Positions 58,148 through 64,000 of a DNA stretch of 64,000 nt are shown in pieces. Each line of letters starts with the position of its first letter. Positions within the stretch are counted from its first letter, which is position 1. The stretch spans positions 62,001-126,000 of the forward strand of contig MU626275.1 in assembly GCA_025603075.1 (NCBI GenBank), read 5' to 3'. The stretch comes from Neoconidiobolus thromboides FSU 785. Its lineage: Eukaryota; Fungi; Entomophthoromycota. The notes under the pieces were generated by a model that was not told the DNA's origin, ran no database searches, and worked only from the letters and a program-made list of their open reading frames with translations. Position numbers and translations under genes: made by a program.

Positions 58148-58993
58148 TCACTGCCACAAAAAGCAACTAAGCAAACTAAAATTAACTATGAGTAAGAAAT
58201 GATTTACATTACAATATGTTGTTCCAGAGATCAAGCTTCCAATATCAAACTCGGGCTCATCATTATTTAATTTATTATTAGGCGTTAAAGTTTCTGTATT
58301 CACTTTTGTGCTTTTGGTTTCTGTTTCCTCATCCGTACTGGTTGATTCTGTTGTTTTTGTAGGTTCATCATCACTTGATGTTTCTCCTGCACTTGATGTT
58401 TCTTCAACACTTGTTGGTTCCTCCGTTGGACTAGCTTCTTCTGTTGAATGCTCTTCTTCTGTTTTACTTTCTTCCTCTTTTTCACCATCAGTTGAAGTTT
58501 CACTTGTCTCCTCAGTTTGACTTGTCTTTTCAGTTTGATTTATATCTGTCGGCGTCAATTCAGCATTAACTGGTTCCGTGATCTTAGAATAAAAACTGGA
58601 CTGACAGTTTAATAAACAGCCTGACACATCTCCGCCTCCTGCTTGACATGCAACTGAACAATCAATGTGCTCTTGGGCTAAAAAAGGGGATTAATTTAAT
58701 TTTTTATATTATCTAACTGAGCGTTAACTTACCTTGCGTCAGTATTCTACCCTGAATACACTGAGTAATGCACAGGAAGTCGGAATCGCTACATGCGCAT
58801 CCCAGACCAGCTATTATTTTTATTAATAAAACTTTCAATCAAATTAACTTTTGAAATTACCTTTAACTAATTTAGATAGTTCATTTTTATCAATTTTGTT
58901 TACATGTTTATTGATGTTACTCGCTTTTTTCTTGGTGTTACTGGCTTGAATTAGAAACAAAAAATAGAATAAAAGTGACAAGTTAATTATCAT
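58148..58993 (-). CDS. Secreted, probably GPI-anchored Ser/Thr/Glu-rich surface protein with N-terminal 8-Cys domain, 3 exons
   Basis: ATG 58993 MIINLSLLFYFLFLIQAS signal; spliced GCACSDSDFLCITQC...DCSVAC...GCLLNC; TEE-rich stalk; hydrophobic C-terminus. Confidence 0.7.
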
Positions 58994-59773
58994 TTTATTT
59001 TTTTAGTAGAATGATTATTTGATTATGAATTTCTGTATTAAATGTTCTTATTCAAGTTTTAAAGGTTATTTCATGTAAATAAAAATTTGAAAACTAAACT
59101 TGATTTAATTTTTTTTCAACCTTTATTTATAACCTCTATTCACTCTTGCTTCTCTTTCTCTCTATTGATAATTAAATGCCAACGTATTCACTTGATTAAT
59201 AATATCAATATCATTGGTGTTATTCTCATTCTCTCATTCAATCCTCACTAAGAGGTTTAAATCTACTAATAAACCCTTATTATATTCTAAAATTCACACT
59301 ATTTAATTCAATTCTTTGTTTGAAATGAATTTTTAGAATTTCTCGATTGATGATCAAATATCTCCCATTCAATTCAAACTTTAAATGAGTCCCATTTCAT
59401 TGGTCAGTTTGCTATATGCTGCATTAAAAATTATAGCTAAAGTTACAATTTGGAAAGTGTGAAATGATTGGCTAGCTGGGCTTAAAAATCTAGACAAGGA
59501 AAGTTTAGTAGGAGGTATGGACTAACTAGCCTCCTTTTGGATTTTTAATAATAATATAATAATGAAAGCGCATATTTCCTATTCGCTTAATTAAAATACT
59601 ACACTTATCACACTGTTTTCATCATACATAAAATTACATTCAAGAGATCAAAAGCGGTGCTCAAAATTTGCACTAAAACAGAAAATCCAAAATATTCCTA
59701 TTTCATTGGCTTAAATTCCAATATCATTATAAACCCAATTTTCTATTAACTTTATCTTAACAAGTTCATAATC

Positions 59774-60654
59774 ATGAACCCAAACCAAGCTAATTTATAT
59801 CAGAGACTGAACACAAACAGTAAACCAAAGGTAGCCCAATCTCGAACTAACATTTAATATCATCTAATAACTACGTAAACTAGGAAGATGAAGGCAATTA
59901 TTTAAAAACCTGGGTAAAGCAAACGCTGTTACAAACAGATGAATTTGAAAAGATGTTTAAAGAAAAAGTAGAAAATAAAATAGTGCATCTCAGTGGGATG
60001 AGCTTGATTAAAAGTAAAGAGAAGAAGCGAATACTTGCAATAGTTAAAAGGATGAAGAAGGCAAAGCCATTGACGTGTAAAGAGAAGAGAGAGTCAGGGA
60101 TCTATGAGATACCAGAGGAAGCTAAAAAGTAAGTTTGAATATAGGAAATAAGAAGTTAAATTTTGATCTTAGCTTTAAATAGATATGAGTATTTTGTCCC
60201 ACTGAACAAACTGTGGCAGCAATATGTAGATGAGCTGGTTTGTAATGAGGGGAAGGAAAAAATAAAAAATCAGTTACTAAAGATGGATTATCATGGATCA
60301 ATATTAAAAGGTAAATCAGAGCCTATATATTGGAAATGACAACAGCTTATTATTTATTAGTCATAAGGTCGACGAATCCAAGTTTAATTGGGAAACAGGG
60401 GATTGTGATTCAAGAAACTAAAAATGTATTTAAGATGATACAAAAGGATGATAAAGTTGTTAGTAAGAAATATATTATTTTTTATTTCTTGATTTTGTTT
60501 AATCTTTATTTTAGTAATACCAAAAAATAACAGTGAGTTTGAGATTCAAGTTAAATCTTTTAGATATAGAATCATGGGCTCTAATTTCTGTTATAAGCCA
60601 TATGAACGAGCAAGTAAAAAGTTCAAACTTAAAAAGAACAATCCATTTTGTTAA
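59774..60654 (+). CDS. POP4: RNase P/MRP subunit Pop4 (Rpp29), multi-exon
   Basis: FVPLNKLWQQY, LLKMDYHGS, VIRSTNPSLIGKQGIVIQETKNVF, VIPK, YKPYERASKKFK. Confidence 0.9.
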
Positions 60655-60750
60655 AGTATAGAAGAAAATAAATTTAATTTATAAATGATGTTGAATTTTT
60701 TTAATTAATTTATTTGTAAAAAAGATCAATTTAGAAAGAACTTATTATTG

Positions 60751-61405
60751 TTATTCTTCAATATGCTTAATAACCTTGGCTGGATTTCCAGCCACTACTA
60801 CATTATCTGGTACATCTTTAACTACGACTGATCCTGCTCCAATAGTTACTCCATTTCCAATAGTTACCCCAGGACAGATGGTGACATTTCCACCAATCCA
60901 ACAGTTATTTCCGATCTTAACTGGTTTAGCAAACTCAAACTCGAGTCTTAACTTAGGCTCGATAGGATGGGTAGCTGTATATATATGTACGTTTGGTGCG
61001 ATAAAACAGTTATCACCAATGGTTACAGTAGAAACATCTAAAATGATACAGTTGTAATTCATTTGAAAGTTGCTTCCTAATAAGAAAAATAAGCTATTAG
61101 GTCGAGTTAGATAGTAAATCAGCTATTTTCTTACCTACGAATATATTGTATCCATAATCGACCTTAAAGTCAGGTTCAATAAAAGCGTTGTTGTCTTTGA
61201 CGCTACCAAAGAGTTGGGATACCATCTTCTTACGTAACTCTATATCCTTAGCTTCAGTAGTATTGTATTTTTTCATCCATTCGCGTGCTTTGAGGCGATC
61301 TTCGCAAAGTTGAGGATCACTAGGTTGGTATGGATACCCCTTGATCATTCTTTCCTTTTCATTCAAGCTATCGAATTCAGCCTTGTCTTTGATATAGTTT
61401 TGCAT
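60751..61405 (-). CDS. Maltose/galactoside O-acetyltransferase-like (Mac domain + hexapeptide repeats), 2 exons
   Basis: [25 protein letters not shown], intron ~61079-61133, [52 protein letters not shown]. Confidence 0.9.
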
Positions 61406-61993
61406 GTTTGAAATTACTCTGTGTTAGTTTATATCAATTTTTACTTTTTTATTGAGTTTATATAGGTTAGTGATATTATGGATTGTTAATTAAACTGTTT
61501 GCTTTTGACATTATTTGTGAAATGTGGTACCAATCATTTATTTCCATTTTATAAAGTTATTTATATTTATGATTTCAATGCTTTAATATTTTGATAAAAA
61601 AATATTTCAAAGGATAGTTAGAAGTCACATTGTCTTATAGCTCTAAATAGAATTAAGAATTCTGGACTATTTTTAGATTTGTTAATAAAAGACAAAGCTA
61701 TCTTTAAAATAGGAGGAAGGAAATAGTAGAGCTATTATTTTGTTCTGATTTTTTTGTTTTAGGTATTTTCTAAAATATTATTGACCTTCACACTTGAACA
61801 AATTTTTCAGTTTTTAATAATTAAATTTTAGGCTGTATTTAGCACATTAAAACTGAATAAAATCCTGGATACAGGCTAATCCATCTACCAATAGACCAAG
61901 GAATATCAAAGAATAGCCTAAAATCTAAAATAAAGCCAAAAAATATAAAATACTCTCATAATTTTCTTTCTTATTTTTGTTTTTCATACAAAA

Positions 61994-63078
61994 ATGTTAC
62001 AATCTATTCCATTTAAGCTACTTGAAACAATGCTCTACGAGTCTGATAAAGATGGTATTATAATAAATTCAATATCGAACCATTAACTAACATCTTTCAG
62101 ACATCGAACTCTGGCCATATCATCTAGCTAGATTACAGAAGAGTATTGCTAATTTCCAACTGGGAGTAAAACTTGATTTTATTAAACTTCGTCAAGCTGT
62201 TGATGCTAAGGTTAAAGAATTTAAATCTCAAGAATCCAATTTAGTCTACTATTCTTTCTATAAAGATGGGCAAGAAGTAAAAAAAATACTGAGATTTAGA
62301 GTAAGTGGAAATAAGTTAAGAAATACAATCAGTTAATACAATACTAATAGATAAGGTTATTACTCTCTCACGATGGCACTTATGAAATTCAAGTTGCTAA
62401 TCAAGAGCCAATGAGTAATGGTGGGATTAATTACACAGCATATTTTTTAAAATTCAATAACATTAAAATAAAATAGAACTTGGTAAACTCCCAACAGTCA
62501 ATGTGAAACTGGATTCTGCTCCAATAGACAAAGATAGTCCATATTTATATTATAAAACCACTTTAAGAGATGTTTATAATCAATCTAGAGAAAGGATGGG
62601 TAAGTTATATTTAACTAAATGATATATTATTATATTATTAATTTATACCACTTTTATTCATTAGGTATTAATAAACCAGAGAATGGATTATTTGATGTCA
62701 TCTTGTATAATCATAATAATGAAATTACCGAAACAAGCATCGCCAATTTGGCTTTAGAAGTGGAAACTAATGGTCAAAAGAAGTTCATTACACCTAAATT
62801 AGAATGCGGTGGGTTAAAAATTTATTCATTTAAGTTTAGTTGATTTATGATTTTGTTATTTAGGGCTACTTATGGGAACTAAAAGGGCATATTTATTGGA
62901 GAATAACAAAGAGTTCCAAGAAGGGGTAATTGGCAAAGAGCAATTGGTAGAGGCAGTAAAGGTACGGTTTATCTTTTTTGTTTTTATTTTGTTGATTGAG
63001 TGCTTTCTTTAGGATGGTAAACAGCTAATTGGCTTTAATTCGGTACGTGGCGTGTTTAAGATGAATTTAATCATTTAG
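61994..63078 (+). CDS. Aminotransferase class IV / 4-amino-4-deoxychorismate lyase-like (Abz2-like), multi-exon
   Basis: LLETMLY, HLARL, YKTTLRDVY, DVILYN..NEITETSIANLA, TPKLECGLLMGTKR, NSVRG. Confidence 0.82.
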
Positions 63079-64000
63079 TAAAGCTATTGTTAAAGTATTT
63101 TATTATATTAAAATATTTTTTGCATTTGTAAATAGCTGCTTTTATTTGATTCAGATAAATTTTTGCTTCTAATGTTATTTTTTAATTTTTTATAAAATTA
63201 TTAAACATTAACTAAAAAATCTAAATTATTTTCTGAAATCTAGTAACAATAAAAATCGTAAACATTCTCGTTTAAATATAATTCTAAATTATCCTTATCA
63301 AAAAACAGCCCCTTATTACAATTGATAGTATATAGGCCATTTTATGAAATTATATATAATTATTATATATAGCTAACTCCTAAGTTCCAGGCTTGAATTT
63401 CTTAGGAAGCCTAAATAATTTTTTCAAAATTGCAAATCTTATTAGTATCTAGTTTTAAATTATAAAAATTAGAAAAGTATTTCTTAATTGTGGTTTATTG
63501 TTGTAAATTATTATAACTAGAGCTTTTTGTTATATTTTATATTATATAAAATTTAACAGTCCTTTTTGCCATAGAATTTTTGATGAAAATGAATATTGTT
63601 TAATAGTTTTTTTAATGGAAAAAGACATATTAACCTGGATGGAATGGAAATCAAACTTGAGTTCCATAAATAGTCAAATGAAGTGTGCTCTGTATTTACA
63701 TGTTGTATTTATATATACTATAAACTGTGAAATTCGATCATTAATGTATTTATGTTTTTTTACTCTAGTTTCTAAAAATGATTTAAATTCATTATTGTAT
63801 TGATAAAATTTACTTTTATTCAAGGGATAAAGAAACAATTCGGTTTCATAAACAAATAAACTTTGATGTAATAAATAGGATCTTTTAAATAAAGGTAGAG
63901 GTAAAGCTTAGTTAAAGAAAAAGAGATAAAGATTAATAGGATCACAATTTTTTTATAAAGAGTGTCTTCCTCATTTAACTATTATTACTTAAATTAGTTT

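Noticed and set aside
4584-61057. Antisense or alternative-frame ORFs (4584, 7200, 7608, 15412, 27883, 28599, 39062, 46328, 49066, 50158, 50637, 52779, 56217, 58300, 58308, 60776)
   Set aside because: Shadows of better-supported genes with no independent motifs
54961-63078. Monooxygenase + acetyltransferase + class IV PLP enzyme as a biosynthetic cluster
   Set aside because: No backbone synthase in the window, interrupted by POP4 and a surface protein, and the Abz2-like gene fits folate housekeeping
32674-63803. Short AT-rich ORFs 32674..32856 and 63615..63803
   Set aside because: Phe/Ile/Tyr-biased random intergenic frames with no motifs

Overview
Very AT-rich eukaryotic nuclear DNA with short (~45-60 bp) GT-AG introns. 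The gene content (COX9, PQ-loop vacuolar exporter, DHA1-type MFS, Chalaropsis-type GH25) points to a fungus; an early-diverging lineage is an inference from composition and gene set. Compact, intron-rich housekeeping blocks (COX9/mitochondrial IleRS/synergin-gamma-like; BUD13/coiled-coil orphan/RPB6/2xSCP2/NRK1; GPALPP1-like; POP4/acetyltransferase/ADC-lyase-like) alternate with loosely spaced, mostly intronless accessory genes. The accessory set comprises six PRXL2/AhpC-TSA_2 peroxiredoxin-like paralogs in two mirror-image clusters (each with an identical tRNA-Asp), an MFS pump, a bacterial-type DUF1636 protein with three ATCWGATAA (SreA/Fep1-type iron-GATA) boxes just upstream, a GH25 lysozyme pseudogene, a secreted 2x6-Cys protein, an intact IS630/Tc1 transposase ORF with a substituted catalytic Asp, and a KMO-like monooxygenase. 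A ~98-bp MITE with GGGGATGT termini and 4-bp AWWT target duplications occurs in 25 near-complete copies, all intergenic. All family calls are by motif recognition from memory; no database search was run.
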